From Somniosus microcephalus (Eukaryota), in the NCBI GenBank assembly GCA_052327205.1, contig CM126233.1:36890001-36954000 (forward strand): a DNA stretch of 64,000 bases. The letters are read 5' to 3'. Of the stretch, positions 1-14,076 are shown in pieces. The notes beneath the pieces were generated by a model, which saw nothing but the letters and a program-made list of their open reading frames with translations, searched no databases and was not told where the DNA came from. Within the stretch, counting starts at the first letter, position 1. Each line of letters starts with the position of its first letter. Made by a program: the position numbers and the translations under genes.

Positions 1-125
1 CAGTTCTGATGAAGGGTCCTTGCATGAAACATTAACTCTTCTATTTTCTCTTTGAGATGCTGATTAGCATTTGTGCATTTCGAAGATTTTCTGTTTGTTT
101 CAGATTTGTAGCACAGGCAGTTCTT
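1..125 (+). mobile_element. Solo Penelope-like terminal repeat with degenerate hammerhead core
   Basis: cagttCTGATGAagggtc...GAAAcattaact followed by a gatgctg...ttttctgttt tail; same sequence family as the end of the Penelope fragment at 34384-34516. Confidence 0.7.
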
Positions 126-624
126 TTTATCTAAATTCTCGAGACTGCCTTTTAAAGCAAAAAATGTAGTTGAAGTTGGAACACAGCTTACGAACTTTAG
201 AATATTTGCCTGGGGAGAGTGTAAATTTAGGGTATGGCCTAGATGCAGGGGCAGCATATATGTATATCAATATGGTAGTTATGTTGCTTTCAAGAAAAGG
301 TGTTGTCACTCAAATTGCCCTGTAGTGATTGATGTCGGGACATCAACTAAATTCGAGCTTCAAGCATGGAGTTATTCGCATGATCAAAACCCCTGTTGCT
401 GCTTGTTCGACTTCCAAGGCAGAGAACAGGTGTAAGAATGAACAGACTGTGTTCTCTCTGTTCCCAGCTGTGGTTACTTTGCGTTACTGACATGGTGTTC
501 ATCTGTGATGCTGCTCCAGAACCTAATGAATATATCATTACAAGTCAAAAAATGTTCTCTGCCTCTGATTTACTCATCTCAGGGGCACTGCTTCCAAACA
601 TCATAGGACAGAGACTGTTTCTCC

Positions 625-890
625 GTGAACAGTGAGCATTGGCAGCCAATGCAGCAGTGGAGTGCATCACAGTTGAACCTGGTCTTACCTCTACCCAACA
701 TCCACACCTTGCACTTTCCCCCCTCCTTAGCCCAGGGGCACTGAGGCCAATTGTGGCGCCCTTAGCGCTGCCCCAGCTGCGATTAGCTGACTCTGCACAG
801 ACCAGCGATCCACCCTGGAACCTTGCTGCTTTGTCTGGCTCAGACAGACTGTGTGGTGTGTTTACCAACTGAGACACCAGGGGAGCTGTG
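625..890 (-). mobile_element. Old tRNA-headed SINE (abundant family in this window)
   Basis: Shared motif cccaggggcactgaggccaattg...ctcagcacagacc...gaacc. Related copies near 12290, 12880(+), 15640, 17500, 23650(+), 28290, 35965(+), 41490, 48370, 49400, 51450, 58895 and 60090. Confidence 0.6.
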
Positions 891-2289
891 TGGGTGTGTC
901 GTTAAAAAGGATCTCCAGTTAATATATTATTGGAGAGTATCATTGTAACTAGTTCTGCAACACTTATTTTTATTATATTCTCATAATTTGAAATCTTTTA
1001 ATCTTTGCAGTCTGCTGGTCTTGAGGCTATTAGACTGAAAAGTCACCCTTTTCTTTAAGAAACATGCACACTTCCAAGAATTATCATGACAGACTATAAG
1101 TAAGATAATTGCCAGTGTGACCAAACATCGCTCAGCATGAGCAGAGACTGTCAGTATGCCAGCTGCACTGTGAAGTTCTGTGCTATCTGAAAGGACATTT
1201 TCAGTAATGCCATAATTGGTGTACACCACAAGAATTACTCACAGTTCGATGATGGTTTATCCTCACAAGTGGCTATTCAGCTCTCCAGATTTCAGAGGAG
1301 TCAATATGTACTGTGACTCATAATGCTTTGCAAGTTCTCGTAACAAGTCCTCCTGAGGGCAACAGCGACTGCAGGGCATAGAGGCGTACTGACCTTCAGC
1401 ATTGTATTGAGATTCTGTGCACACACGCATGGATTTTTTCCATTTGGCAGTGAGATTATTTTCCCTATTATCACATCTTCTGAGGTCAGTTGGCTCTTTT
1501 GGTTTTGACTAGTAGAATGCAGGAGCAAGGAGTAGTTAGTGTCGTCCTCCTGAGACAAGCCACTTTTGCGCAGTATGCGCTTGGGGATACCATATACATT
1601 TGCCTTATCAAGCTGCCACCGTGACTTAAGTTGGGAAATTCATTGCTTGATGTAGTACTGAGCCAAAATCCAGGAAGATCCCAAGTTCAGTTCCCAATCT
1701 CTGCTGAGTCAGCTTACCTCAGCTGGGCAGCAAGTAGAGTGTTAGAATTCCGAGCTGTTTAGTGCTTTACTGTAATACTTGAGTTTTGCTACTTCACAAG
1801 CTGTGTAGGTAAGCACATGGGCTGTGGTGGCAGGGACTGGTTGCAGCCAAGGTATGATGAGGCATGCATTTTAACCCAGATCATCGGATCCTTGTTCCCC
1901 TCTTACAATCTTTCTCTCCCCCCTCCTCCAAAAGTTCTTTTCAAATCAAAACCAGTGAAGTTTTCTACTGCTGCACTAAAATGGGGCTTACCTTTTCAGT
2001 GTATAAGTAATTTTAAGATTTTGGTTTCTAATTGATTTTAGATTGAGAGCAATTCCAATTTTGAGTTTTGGCAAGAATGTGTTAGAGTTCGAGGTGGTGC
2101 CACGAGTGTTGAAATCAACATTGAGGGTGCAGGGAGGAGAAAGAGTGAGGAGATATATTTAGAGCTTAACTAATTGGCTGACCCATTTTTAAATCCATTA
2201 AGTGCATTCATCTGTAAGTGACAAGGACACAGAGGTTGTAAAGATTTTTCTGTTTCCTGCTCGCTGACCTACATTTGCTCCCGGTCTAG

Positions 2290-2680
2290 CAATGCCTTGA
2301 ATTTAAAATTCTTATCCTTCTATTCAAATCCCTCCATGGCTTCACTCCTCCCTATCTCTGTAACCTCCTCCAGCTCAACAAACCTCTGGGTTCCTCCAAT
2401 TCTGGCCCCTGGTGCATCTCCAATTTCCTTCGCTCCACTATTGGTGGTCATGCCTTCAGCTGCCGAGGCCCTAACTTCTGGTATTCGCTCCCTAAACCTC
2501 TCCACCTCTCTTTCCTCCTTTAAGATGCTCCTTAAAATCTGTTTCTGTGACCAAGCTTGTGTCACCTGTCCTAACATCTCCTTGTGTGGCTCGGTGTCAA
2601 ATTTTGTCTGATAACGCTCCTGTGAAGCGCCTTGGGACGTTTTACTACGTTAAAGGTGCTATATAAATGTAAGTTGTTGC
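2290..2680 (+). mobile_element. LINE2 3' fragment
   Basis: Ends gtgaagcgccttgggacg...ctatataaatgtaagttgttg; homologous to 5350-5715. Confidence 0.8.
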
Positions 2681-4487
2681 TCTTGTTCGTTAGTACCATG
2701 TACAGTTGAGCTTTGGGGATGAGTGTATTCGAGTGCCAGTGCTACGTGTTTGTACAGTATAGTGAGCACCATCATTTCAGCTTCCTCTGCTGCTTCTCCT
2801 TCTCCTTGTCCACCCACCAGGCTAAATTTCCCCCGGCCCCGCCCTAGCCCTGAACCTGCATCTTTTGCTCGTGTCACCCCTGTGTCCCCTCATGCCCTCT
2901 GGGTTTGGAGCAGGGATTAGGGGGAGGGGCAAAGTACCTGAGAGGGAGAAATGAAAAGTGGCATGACTGAGTGACAGGGTGAGGAGGAGACGGGAGAGAA
3001 GAGCCCGAGAGGGAAAGAAAGGGAGATAGAAGGTATGGGCTCAGATCCAGGGTGGCAGCCAGAAATGTGCACAAGCATGGCCACAGAGCGAATCTGTTAC
3101 ATCTAACGCAGGAGGCCACAGAGGAATCTGCTACTTCAAAGGGTAATAGAGTTGTGGAATAAGTTACCAGAAAAGGACAGTGAAGCAGACAGTATAAGTG
3201 GGTTCAAAGGGTATGCATTTCTGGAGAGAAGATGTGATTGAGAGATAGACGAGGATGGATAGGTAGATAATGTTGATGTTTTAAAAACGGATGAGCTTGT
3301 TGTCCTTTTCTTCCTAAAAATTCTCATGTGGCTACCGTTTTATTTAAGAAGTGGATAAGTGCAGTGAATGAAGGATGTTGAATGTTTGCTGGGGAAGTGC
3401 TGAACCCTGAGTGTCAGGCCATTGGAGCTGCACAAAAAAAAATCTAAAATAAAGCACATGACCAGATCTTGCATATGGTGCGTGGAGGTCAAGTGGGACG
3501 GCACTTTATCTTTCAGCTTTGATGCTGTTTAAGCAAAGCTGTTCAAAGTAGTGGAGGATGTAAACTTGGCTGCTTGAATATTCTCAAAGGAGTGGACATG
3601 AAAGATGGTGTTTGCCCTGAGCAGTCTTGCTGCACTGTCTGTGCACTTGCCCAGGATGTTTGTTTTGAGAAGTTTCAAATAGTTTAAAAGCTTTTATGCC
3701 ATCTGTGACCCATACACTCATGGTGCTAAGCCAGTTACCAGGCTTGCCAGAACCGTAACCACATGTCTTGAGGGAATGTTGCAATATTAATTCATGCGAG
3801 TCTCCTTAAATGGTAAAGAATTATCACTGGATAGTCTATTTCCTTATAGGCTCAATCTCTTTAGCTGCTTAGTTTATTGGTTTAAATTTATTTCAGCAAA
3901 GTTGCTACGTAATATTTATGTTGTACTTTTAGGAAAAAGAGATTATTTTGAATATTGACGCATTTATTTTTTTGAGACAGAAGATAAATATCTTTTATCT
4001 GTGACCTACAAGTTTGCTTTTTTTTTTAAATAAACTTTCTTGTCTCCAAAAATTCCAGGAAATGCTGACCGAGCGTGGAAATGTTACAAATACCTTTCAT
4101 ATTAATAACCCTGTGAGACCAGAGACTGGTTTAGGAAAGAGTGCTCGCTGGAACACAAAAATACATTACATAGCTGTTGTTTTGTTGGCTGGAAATGGGC
4201 CAGTGTCACTTTGGCAAGCGGTTTGCAACCCTTGAGGAATAAAACTGAATTTCAGATGAGGTCATATATGGCAGCAGTGACTCCATGTGATGCCCTTTCT
4301 CTCCAGACTCTTGCTCGTTATACACTCTTTGCATAGTTGAACAGGAACTAGAGGAATAGTTACTGCTGCCTCTGCCTTCAGTGTTTCTTATTTGCAGGGT
4401 CGGGGGGTGTTCTGCTAATGCAAACCCCTGTTCTAGTAATGATGCCGTACTGGTATATTCACTGAAGAACACTGAAGAAAGAACGAT

Positions 4488-4892
4488 GTGCATTTATATA
4501 GTATCTCATCATACCTTCCGAATGTCTCAAAAGTTCTTCAGGTACAATGAGTTACTCCGAAATATCGTGATTGTTGTTATGCAGGTGAACGTGGGATCCA
4601 ACAAACAGCAAAGAGATGACTCATTCATCTGTTTTTGGTAGTTATTGGTTGAAGGACAAATATTAGCAGAGCCCCTGGTTCCTGCTCGATCGTGCCCTGA
4701 AATCTGTAACCTTTACCTGAACCACTGGAGCGGGCAGTTGGGGCCCTCAGTCTTTTGAAGGATGGCATCTTCATCATGGGACACCTTCAGTACTGCACTG
4801 ACAGTCAGCCTGGATTGTGCGCTAAGATAATGATATGAACCCACAACCTTCTAATTCAGATGTGAAAGTGCTGCAAAATGAGTCAAGCCAAC
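4488..4892 (-). mobile_element. DeuSINE-like SINE, degenerate
   Basis: Colinear with the better copy at 44580-45020 (L2-type tail, Deu-like core, tRNA-like head). Confidence 0.65.
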
Positions 4893-5349
4893 AATGTAAA
4901 CGATATACTAATCGATATATTCCACTGAACGCAAAACTGTCTTGAGTGTGGAAAGTTTTAGGTCAATTTCAATCCACTCATGCTGTTACTACCCAGTAAC
5001 AGCTGCCAAACTGGTTTCAATCGGGCACACCTTCCCCCAAAAATGTTAATGCATCTCTCCCTTCCCAACCCCCTTTTAAGGAGGGAGCCCATTAATTGTT
5101 TTCCCTGTAGGGTCGCTTGTCTGACCTCATGCTCTACTCCAAACACTGGTGTGTTTTGTTAAATAAAACAAAGCAATGTGGAACTGTGGAGTATTTCCTC
5201 CCATGTTCTTCAGGTTCTAAATTCTCCGTTCTCCATGCTTTTCCTCCTCACTGCAGCCACACTGATCAAAATCAAGGTTTGTTGTGTTGTCTACTCTAAC
5301 TTATTCTTCTGCAGGACCACAAACCTGTGGAAATTATCATGCCTTCTCT

Positions 5350-5715
5350 TCCTTGTTTTCAAAGCCCTCCACCGCCTCGCCCCTCCCTATCGCTGTAACC
5401 TCCTCCAGCCCTACAACCCTCCGAGATCTCTGCGCTCCTCCAATTCTGGCCTCCCTGACTTTAATTGCTCCACCATTGACGGCCGTGCCTTCAGCTGCCG
5501 AAGCGCTAAGCTCAGGAATTCCCTCCCTAAACCTCTCCGCCTCTCTACCTCTCCCTGCTCCTTTAAGACGCTCCTTAAAACCTACCTCTGAGCAAGCTTT
5601 TTGTCACCTGCCCTAATATCTCCTTATGTGTCTCGATGTCAAATTTTGTTTGATAAGACTCCTGCCTTGGGACATTTTACTACTGTACGTTAAAGGCGCT
5701 ATATGAATGCAAATG
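5350..5715 (+). mobile_element. LINE2 3' fragment
   Basis: Translates FKALHRLAPPYRCNLLQPYNPPRSLRSS...GRAFS...FKTLLKTYL, typical of the L2 ORF2 C-terminus; L2 tail follows. Confidence 0.88.
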
Positions 5716-7901
5716 GTCATCGTGCAATCTACAGACTTTTAAGCTAAGCTTACCGTCACCTAGTAACTACTTCCTGATTTATCCTACTTCTGTCCTCCTC
5801 TCTTCAACTTTGGCAATGTCTTGCACTGTAGGACTTGGCCCTTCATCAAAAAAAGATTGTTGGCGCTGTTCATCAAATAAACTCACTTGTCCTCCATTTG
5901 TATTTTTGAGGTGAAATGAAAATGTTACTGCTGACCTGAACAAGAAGGGGCATCTACTAGTGGTGTGGGGGAGCGGACTGGGTGCTGCTGTGGCTACAGA
6001 TTTCTACAACAGTATTTTATCTCTGCAAATGGTGCATTGTAATCTGCCTCTGGGAAAGGAGGGGAGAGACTGCCTGACTGCCATTCTGATGGCAGTGGAT
6101 GTAACACTGCGTCACTGTCTCTATAATTGTTCTGCCAAGTTGCTTCTCACATAGAGGTAGCTCATCAGTTATGAAAAGATCCTTTGTCTAAAGTTCCATC
6201 AGTAATTCTGTATCCAGCCAATATGTTAGAAATGTAGAGGAAGGACTTTACCTTTCCATTAATAAAATAATGAGTTACATTTAAAAACAAGAAGCCCTGA
6301 TTGAGCTCCTGTACTAGATGTGAAAACGACAACCTTGTTGAAATTGAGCTGCTGGGGTTGGGAATCAGGCGTACACTGGGACCAGATAGGCAGCTTTACT
6401 CTGTACCTGATCCGTGCTGTCATCCCTATGGGAGTGCTCAATATGGACACTATGCCAAAGTGGGAAGATATTCAATTTGCCATAGTTGATGCCTTTCAAC
6501 AATAGCAGCTTGATTTTATAACGCTCGGGAGAACTCCTCAGAACGCCTTGCAAGGGGACAAGAAAGACTTGCAGGTTTTTAAATAAAACTTTCAATGGGA
6601 AAGAGGTGTAAGGGGAAGTAGCTTTGGGAGATAGTTCCAAAGGGAAGTCGTGGCATGAGGCGGGGGTTGCTACTGGCCAAAAGATGAGCAACCAATGGTG
6701 GATTAGGGAGAGGGCGGAATGCACAATATTCCAGAATTAGAGGATGTGGCTGAGACATACAGCTCAGTTAAGGTGAGGCAAGATTATAAAGGGATTTGAA
6801 AACACAGACTTGGAAAATGAGTATTTTGAAGTTGATGCAGGGGGCGAAAAATTGGTTAAAGAGATGGGTATTCAGGAGGTTTAACGGCAGAGCAAAAACT
6901 GACTCCCAAAACACAGTGCTGGTGAACGTGCTAACAGAGTAGACAGATCAAAATAAACGTAAATGAAACCTGTACAACTCTGAAATGTTGGATTTAGAGT
7001 AATGTATTCAGTTATCAGAAACTTTCCACTCTTAAATTAGGCACAGTGTTGCTCATTAACTTGTACTTATGAATTCTGACTCTTCCATTTTATGTACTGT
7101 AGCTCCTTTAACACTCAGCAGGTGCGTCATAGTCTATCCTTCGCACTTGGGAGTAATCGTAGCCCAAAGGCACAGTTAGTTCTTACACTAGCTGACCCAT
7201 AAACAGGAAGCTTCGCCCCCGCAAACAGCCGACTAACTAGCATGTAATACCGGGATTGAAGACAAGTAGCATACTTACTGATTTGAAACATAAAGGATTC
7301 CCCAAATCAGATTTGTTTTGTATTGTTCATTCCATTATTTTTTATGGACATCAGAGTCCAAAATCCAGAATTCTGTGGCCTGTGTCCCCTTTCACAAAGC
7401 CCTGCAGCCCCAATACCTCTGTCCTGACCTATCCATTCTCTCATATTACTACCCATCGCTAGCCTCTCTCTCCTTTCAAGCGAAAGCACATTTCTCACAA
7501 GTGGCCTCCTCTCGCTGCAGGTTCCCTTCCTACACAACTACCTGCTCTCCACCCCAAAGGATCTCTCCTGTTTCTCTGTTTCAGCTTTCCTCAGGTTGAC
7601 ATTTCCCCAAGCTGCTTGGGTAGTGCCACAAGTGAAGCAAGGCACTGTGCTTTCGGATACAGGGATTAACATTGATGGCTATCCCCAACTGTCTGGGTTA
7701 TGTGACAGAATTTGGGGCATCAGTACCTGCCCACCCTGCATCTCAGAGGTGCACGATGGAAAGGCCGTAGAAAAAAAAACACGTAAAATGTAAATGTATT
7801 CCACATCCTGCATTTTTCCCATACCAATAATCCCCTGTAATTCGGTTTCTGTTGCTGATTTTGCAATTCTCTTACCTTCATTGAATATTTTTGTCTTACA
7901 G

Positions 7902-8023
7902 GAGGAGTACAGGGCCGAAGGCATCAGTTGGCACAACATTGATTATATAGACAACAGCGGTTGCATTAACCTCATCAGCAAAAAACCCACAGGCTTACTT
8001 CACTTACTGGATGAGGAGTGCAA
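7902..8023 (+). CDS. MYO9A: Myosin IXa exon (motor domain), [40 protein letters not shown]
   Basis: ttacag| acceptor and |gtgagt donor; 122 nt, phase 0 to 2. Myosin GLLxLLDEE motif; close to recalled MYO9[19 protein letters not shown]. Confidence 0.96.
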
Positions 8024-11000
8024 GTGAGTACTCGGGGTAACCTGATTTAACACCGTACAGCCTGGAGTGAGTGATGTTACCGTATGAACACATTTAGTGT
8101 CAAATTTCTCTGTCCACTATAAAATGGAGACATTCACTCATAAAATAAACTGGTTAATGCCTCTGTTAAAATAACAGAGTGAATAATTTGATGGGAGAGC
8201 GTTGGTTGTCCAGCAACATCACTGACTGTAATTTCCAGGCTTACCCTTTGAATTGGTGGATATCCCATGTATTAGAGCAGTTTCAAGTCCAAAATCTAAT
8301 CTAGAAGTTTAGGTGACAGTAGTAAACCTTTGCTGTCGTAGTTTTTGATGCTACTCAATCCTTAAACTAGATCACCCTGTATTTATTTCTGGATAAGTAT
8401 GATACTCCGTATCAGTGTATGCTGTTCGGCATTGAACTGTGACAGTGTGAAGGGCAAATACAACATTAAACAATAAATAGAATTTCTGAAGCTGTCAATA
8501 AATCTAATTCTTTAAGAAAAAAATGAAAACTTACAATTGAGACCAATTTAAATGACCTTGTTTTGCATTATTGATGGTAGAAACGCTAATACTGGGATTC
8601 TCTGGTGATTGCACCAGTGGAGGCTGGCTGTGGGCCAAGGGCTGTGTGGGCTGGAGGCTGCGAGTGGGTTTGAGACTAAACTTGCTTGGGCGATCCCAAT
8701 GCTGGATAGGAGGCTGAGTGGGCCCTGGGCTGTGCAGAGCGAGGACGAGTCTAAGTCTGAATCTAGCAACCATAAGAAGGGCTTGTGGAACTCCATGCTT
8801 TAGTGATTGAGCTGCCCAATTTCGTTTCTTTGAGCAATCTAGCTGAAGGGCCAAGGGCAGCACCAAGTTTGAAAAGAGTAGAGCAGACGGTGAAGTCAAT
8901 CCTAAAGTGGTAGTTATGAAATGCTTGCAAATTGTAGGAGTAACAAAAGACTGAGGGAGGTAAGGGTTTGTTGGGCAAGTATGAGATGGGAGTAGGAGAT
9001 TTCTGATGAGTTGTAGTTTCAACACAGTGAGGGTGCAGGGAGGAAGAAAAGCATTGATTTGATCATACCCAAAGTTTTAGTCTCAATTTGTGCAGTATTT
9101 CATTTGTCTCGTGCGATTACGAGAGCGAATGTCACCTGTGCTTAAATAATGCGATAAAGCTTGGGTTTTGTTTATGGATAGAACTAAAGAATGTCTGCCA
9201 AAGTAGACAGTTTACTCTTGCTAATAAAACCTTAGCTTAGGCCACTGTTCTATGGCTAACTGTAGTGTAGTGGCCGTGGCATTATGGGGGCCACTTGCTG
9301 TCAAATTCCTCCTCCTGACTTTTGGCACTTGACTGATCTGCTGCTCTGTGCCTTTGCTATCAGCCTGTCGGACTGTGGGACGTTGCCAGAGCTGTAATCT
9401 GGCACTGTTCCCTCTCTTTACTCAAGCAAGAGAAAACAAAAGAACATAATTAGAAGATGGGATTATCCTAGTACAAGTGAAAGGGCCACTTGGTAGCTCC
9501 ACACTGTTTCAAGGTTGATATTAGTTGGGCACCGGGTAAGGAATCACAGCTGCGATGGAACATTCCAGAAAGAGATCCTCAGGCAAGGCATTGCTTAGAC
9601 TGGGGCCCTTGACATTGTTAGTAACTCTAATGTAGTGAAATATATTTATATTTAAGCTGATTGAGATCCACCAAGAAAGGTTAAGGCTTATTCAACTAAA
9701 GCTGGGGCCTCCTCAAATGCAAAGGGTTTCTCTTAACTGTGTGTGAAACACAGTTTCATGGACTAATCTCAACTCATTTACTGTCTTGGCTAAACTTTTG
9801 AGCATACTAGTTTCTCTGTGCTCCACACTCAGCTCAGAGTTCAGGGAATTACCTACATCTGTTACTGTGCTACTTATATATAAATGAATCAACAATGGAA
9901 CCTAGCAATATTTTTTTCCTTATTTTACTGAATGTGTCAGAAACTGGTCACAAGCAACATAATCTTGTCCGTGTTTATTACGAAACTTCCATTTGACCTT
10001 CCTCGTTTTTAGAGTGTAATTTATCCTGTACAGTGCTGGCCCTGGGATTTCAGTGAAGTTTACTGGCGGGAGTGCGGGGGAAGATTTGAAATTTCCACAC
10101 AAACTATGAAAAGCGCTCAACAGTCCAATCATAGATTATTCTCCCCAAACTTGGGTTACGTCTGAAAGGAGCATTTTGAATTGTAAAACACTAGGGTGAA
10201 GTACTGGTGCTTACAAGTTTGTCATTAGTGATGGGAGCAATTCTTGATGAATTAAAAGCATCACGGAAGATGCACATAATACAATATTGAAGTGTATTGG
10301 TTTACGAGCCTTCTGCCAGGATAAGGGAGCAAGATATAGCAGTTATAAACACAAGGAACTGATCTCTGGAATCCAAATTAAAACTGCTCTGATATAAAAG
10401 CAGCCAGAGGAGCATTGTGCAAGATGAATATTGGCTTATATGTGATACTGTTTTTCTCTGCAGTATATTGGTACTATTAACTAAATAAGCGTTTGAAATG
10501 TAGCTGGAAATAATTGAGCTTTCCAAATGTGTGGGGCCACAGGGATGTTGCCCCTTTAAGACATTAACATCCTTGCAGTAACCATGTGTCTCGATCTCTC
10601 TGGGATACACTATAAATAGGATCTTGTCCTGGATTTACACCATCCTGGCTATACCAGACTGCTACCTGCAGTGTTGACAGATTGTATGAATTACTTCAAT
10701 GTGGCTGGGACTGTCATTGCAACGTTCTGGACAAGCTACTTTGGTTGTCCCTGATTCTGTCCACTTCTCCCTCATTTTTCTGGTTGTGTCCATGATGGAC
10801 CTATTCCATGACTGAGGGGCATGATGCTGCCTCCTCTGGTTTCTTCAGTAGTTTGTACAGGAGTAGCGATGGGATCAGTCAAGGTTACTGTACCTGGTAA
10901 CTGCAGCCTATTATATTCACATATATTAAATGGGGTAAAACTGGTCAGTGCAGCCAGTTCAATTTCAATAGCGTTAAAGGAAAACTCGGAATCAGCATGT

Positions 11001-11223
11001 GACACTGTCAAGTAATCTCGGATGAAAATAAGCTTGAATCTCATAACAGTAACATAGTCTAACTGTTGTAGGTGTAATTAATTTTACCAGTGTATGGGTA
11101 GTGGTTAGCAGCATTTACCTGATGCTGCATACTTATCTCTCATTCATCAGCCCACAAGATTACATAGATGTTAAAGTGGCGAAGTTTATAGTTGTGATCA
11201 TCTATATTCTTGCCCAGGAGATA

Positions 11224-11555
11224 CAGGAAACTTTGGTTTATCCGGAGGTTGTATGTCCGGAATACTCGATTTAACGGCAAAAATCAGGAGCCGTTTTCTG
11301 TAAGTTTTTTTTAGATCTCGTTCTTTTTTTTCCCAGTCAGCCACTGCAAGGTCTGTAGCTATAGCAACAGCTTCAGCTACAGACGCTTGCAGCTGCAGCT
11401 GATTCTTTAGAAGCTGTTGCTAAGCAACAGTGTTTGTTGTCAGATACGGAGATGAAAACCTCCGTATGCTTCAACATTAACTTTGTATGTCCGGCAGTTT
11501 TGATAGATCGGCAACACGCCGGTCCCGTCGGTGCCGGATACCACAAAGTTTCCTG
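11224..11555. mobile_element. Tc1/mariner-pogo-type MITE, family A copy 1
   Basis: TA|CAGGAAACTTTGGTTTATCCGG ... CCGGATACCACAAAGTTTCCTG|TA; ~22-bp TIR and TA TSD. Confidence 0.9.
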
Positions 11556-11934
11556 TAGTGAACTGCTGGTCTGAGATTGCTGCAAAGTTCTGGGCCATGC
11601 TGCTCCAGTTATGAGACCTAATGATTGGGACCACCCAGATACAGCAGTGTGACCTGTACTGCCAGTGAACCATAAATTCAACCCTTGGACAACCTAGGAT
11701 ATTTTCCATGCTTAACTTGACAGTTTTTTGTAACAATTCCATTACCTGCATCATGATAAAAATCTGGAAATACTGGAATTCTGAAAGAGAAACAGCATTT
11801 GTAAAGATAAATGTAGGTTAAAGCTTTAGGTGGCGAGTCTGACCCTTCATCAGAACGCAACTGATTTACTTGCTGTATATTTCTAACATTTTCTGTTTTT
11901 ATTGCAACAAATCTGGGGATTTAAAGATAAACTT

Positions 11935-12288
11935 GCATCAAAACAGTGCATTATCACATCCTTTCAAACATTTCTGAGAGACATCACAATTAATCCATGA
12001 ATTACTTGGGAATGCAGTAATACTGTTATGTGACAAACATGGCATCCGATTTGTGCACAGCAATTTGCCACAAACGGCAATTGGGTGATTGGCCAGTTGA
12101 TCCGGGCTCTTCCAGTAGTGCCATGGGCTTCTTAGCATCCACGTGAACCACAGGAACAGGCAGAGGGGACCTCGGCTTAATGTCATGGAAAGAATCCCAA
12201 ATCTGAGTGTCGGCTCAAATCCTGGGAGTGGGACTTGAGTCTCCAACCTGATTGGATGCGAGTGCTACCAGCTGAGCGAAGCTGACAG
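11935..12288 (-). mobile_element. DeuSINE-like SINE, degenerate
   Basis: gtgccatggg...catccac...gacctcggcttaatgtc core shared with 44580-45020. Confidence 0.6.
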
Positions 12289-12594
12289 GGTGGCGCCGGA
12301 TAGCCATCAGGAGCAATTCTGGTTGACTTTTTTTTCCCTCTTCCTCCTCTCTTTATAATCTCAGGGCATGAAGGCTGCCACTCCAGGTCAGATCAGCTAA
12401 CAGCACAGGCCAAGGATCAGGTCTGTCCATCCAAGTTGTCTCCAGAGTGGCAGGAGGTGGTGTATAAATGCTCCTTATGTGAAGGTTATGGAGTGACCAG
12501 GTTACCTGGATCCCAGATGTTTTAGTACTGACGCTGGTGATGTTAATCGCTGTGTGTGTGTGTTTTGTGTGTAATTGTTTTTCTTTCAATTCAG

Positions 12595-12736
12595 TTTTCC
12601 ACAGGCAACAAATCAGACACTGCTGGACAAATTCAAACGACAGCATGAGGGAAACAATTATATAGAGTTCCCGGCAGTGATGGAGCAAGCCTTTATCATA
12701 AAGCACTACGCAGGGAAAGTCAAGTACCAAGTGAAG
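12595..12736 (+). CDS. MYO9A: Myosin IXa exon, (N)[47 protein letters not shown]
   Basis: ttcag| and |gtctgt; 142 nt, phase 2 to 0. Contains the myosin FIIxHYAGKV motif. Not in the ORF track; translated by hand. Confidence 0.96.
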
Positions 12737-13124
12737 GTCTGTGCTGTGTAATAAATTGGCATCAATTGAACGAGAAGAATATCGAATAGATAATGGAGGG
12801 GGGGGGGGTCACAGGCCATCGACATCATCGGGTGTTATAGCAAAGATGTACTTTGTGTTGTGCAACTAACTCATTCAGAGCAGGAAAGGTCATGGGTTCA
12901 CTCCCGATTCTGTACTGAGTTAGCTGATTTCAGCCGGGAATCCATGAATGCCCCATGTTTAGGGGGGGCGACAAAGGCCAGCAGCATTGCAGCTCCTAAT
13001 CATCATCCAGTAGCCCTTGCTGAAATGTGGGTGTGTCAATGCTGGGTGAAGACACAATCAGACTTGCATGTGATGCTTTCCACGGTCAAATAACCTGTGG
13101 TACCCTCCGTGGTAAATTAACATT

Positions 13125-13650
13125 TTCTGTCCAGAGACTGCCTTCAGTCCTGAGCACCGCACCTCAGGAGGATATATTGGCTTTGGAGGGGCTGGAGCAT
13201 AGATTCACCAGAATGATATAGGGGCGAAAAGGATTAAATTATGAGGACAAGTTGCACAGACTGGGCTTGCATTCCCTGGAGTATAGAAAATTAAGGGGTG
13301 ATCAAATTGAGGTGTTTAAGCTGATTAAAGGATTTGATGGGATAGATCGAAATAAATTATTTCCTCTGGCGGAACAAGGGGTTATGACCTTAAAGTTAGA
13401 GCAAGGCCATTCAGGGTGATATCAGGGCATCATGTTCATCACACAAAGGCTGGGAGACATTCTCTTCCCCAAAAAGCTGTCGAGGCTGGGTGTCAGTTGA
13501 AAATTTCAAACCTGAGATTGATAGGCAAGGATATTAAGGGATGAGGAGCCAAGGCAGGTAAATGAAGCAGAGATGCAGATCAGCCATGATCAAATTGAAT
13601 GGCAGAAAGGCTCGAGGGGCTGAATGGCCTCCTCCTGTTCCTATGTTCCT
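13125..13650 (+). mobile_element. CR1 LINE 3' fragment
   Basis: DILALEGLEHRFTRMI-like remnant; 3' end gaggggctgaatggcct...cctgttcctatgttcct. Confidence 0.88.
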
Positions 13651-13880
13651 AGAAAGAATAGGAAATTGGGCAAGTTGTCAGAGGCCTATAGGTCCCAGAG
13701 GAACTCTGTCCGTATGAGTCGGCGTCCCCGAGATAGGAGACTGAAAATTGTTGGGGGGTGGGGGTGGGGGCGGTGTAATTGCCTTCAATGAACATTTTTT
13801 TTAAATGATTTTAAAGAAGAATTGCAAATCAAAAATATAATCAGTCACTACAGCTTCTTCATAAATCTATGTTGGTGCAG

Positions 13881-14076
13881 GACTTTCGAGAAAAGAATAC
13901 GGACCACATGCGTCCTGACATTGTTGCACTTCTGAAAAGCAGTAAGAACGCCTTCATCTGCAGTCTGATTGGCATTGACCCAGTGGCTGTCTTCCGCTGG
14001 TCAACACTGAGGTCCTACTTCCGAGCAGCTGTGGCTTTCCGTGAGGCCGGCAAACGCTTTGTCGAGAAGAAACCTG
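13881..14076 (+). CDS. MYO9A: Myosin IXa exon, DFREKNTDHMRPDIVALLKSS...REAGKRFVEKKP(G)
   Basis: tgcag| and |gtaagg; 196 nt, phase 0 to 1. Lies within ORF 13869..14132; start of the class IX loop-2 insert. Confidence 0.96.

Noticed and set aside
8531-9025. 164-aa minus-strand ORF
   Set aside because: No recognisable domain; probably overlaps decayed repeat sequence.
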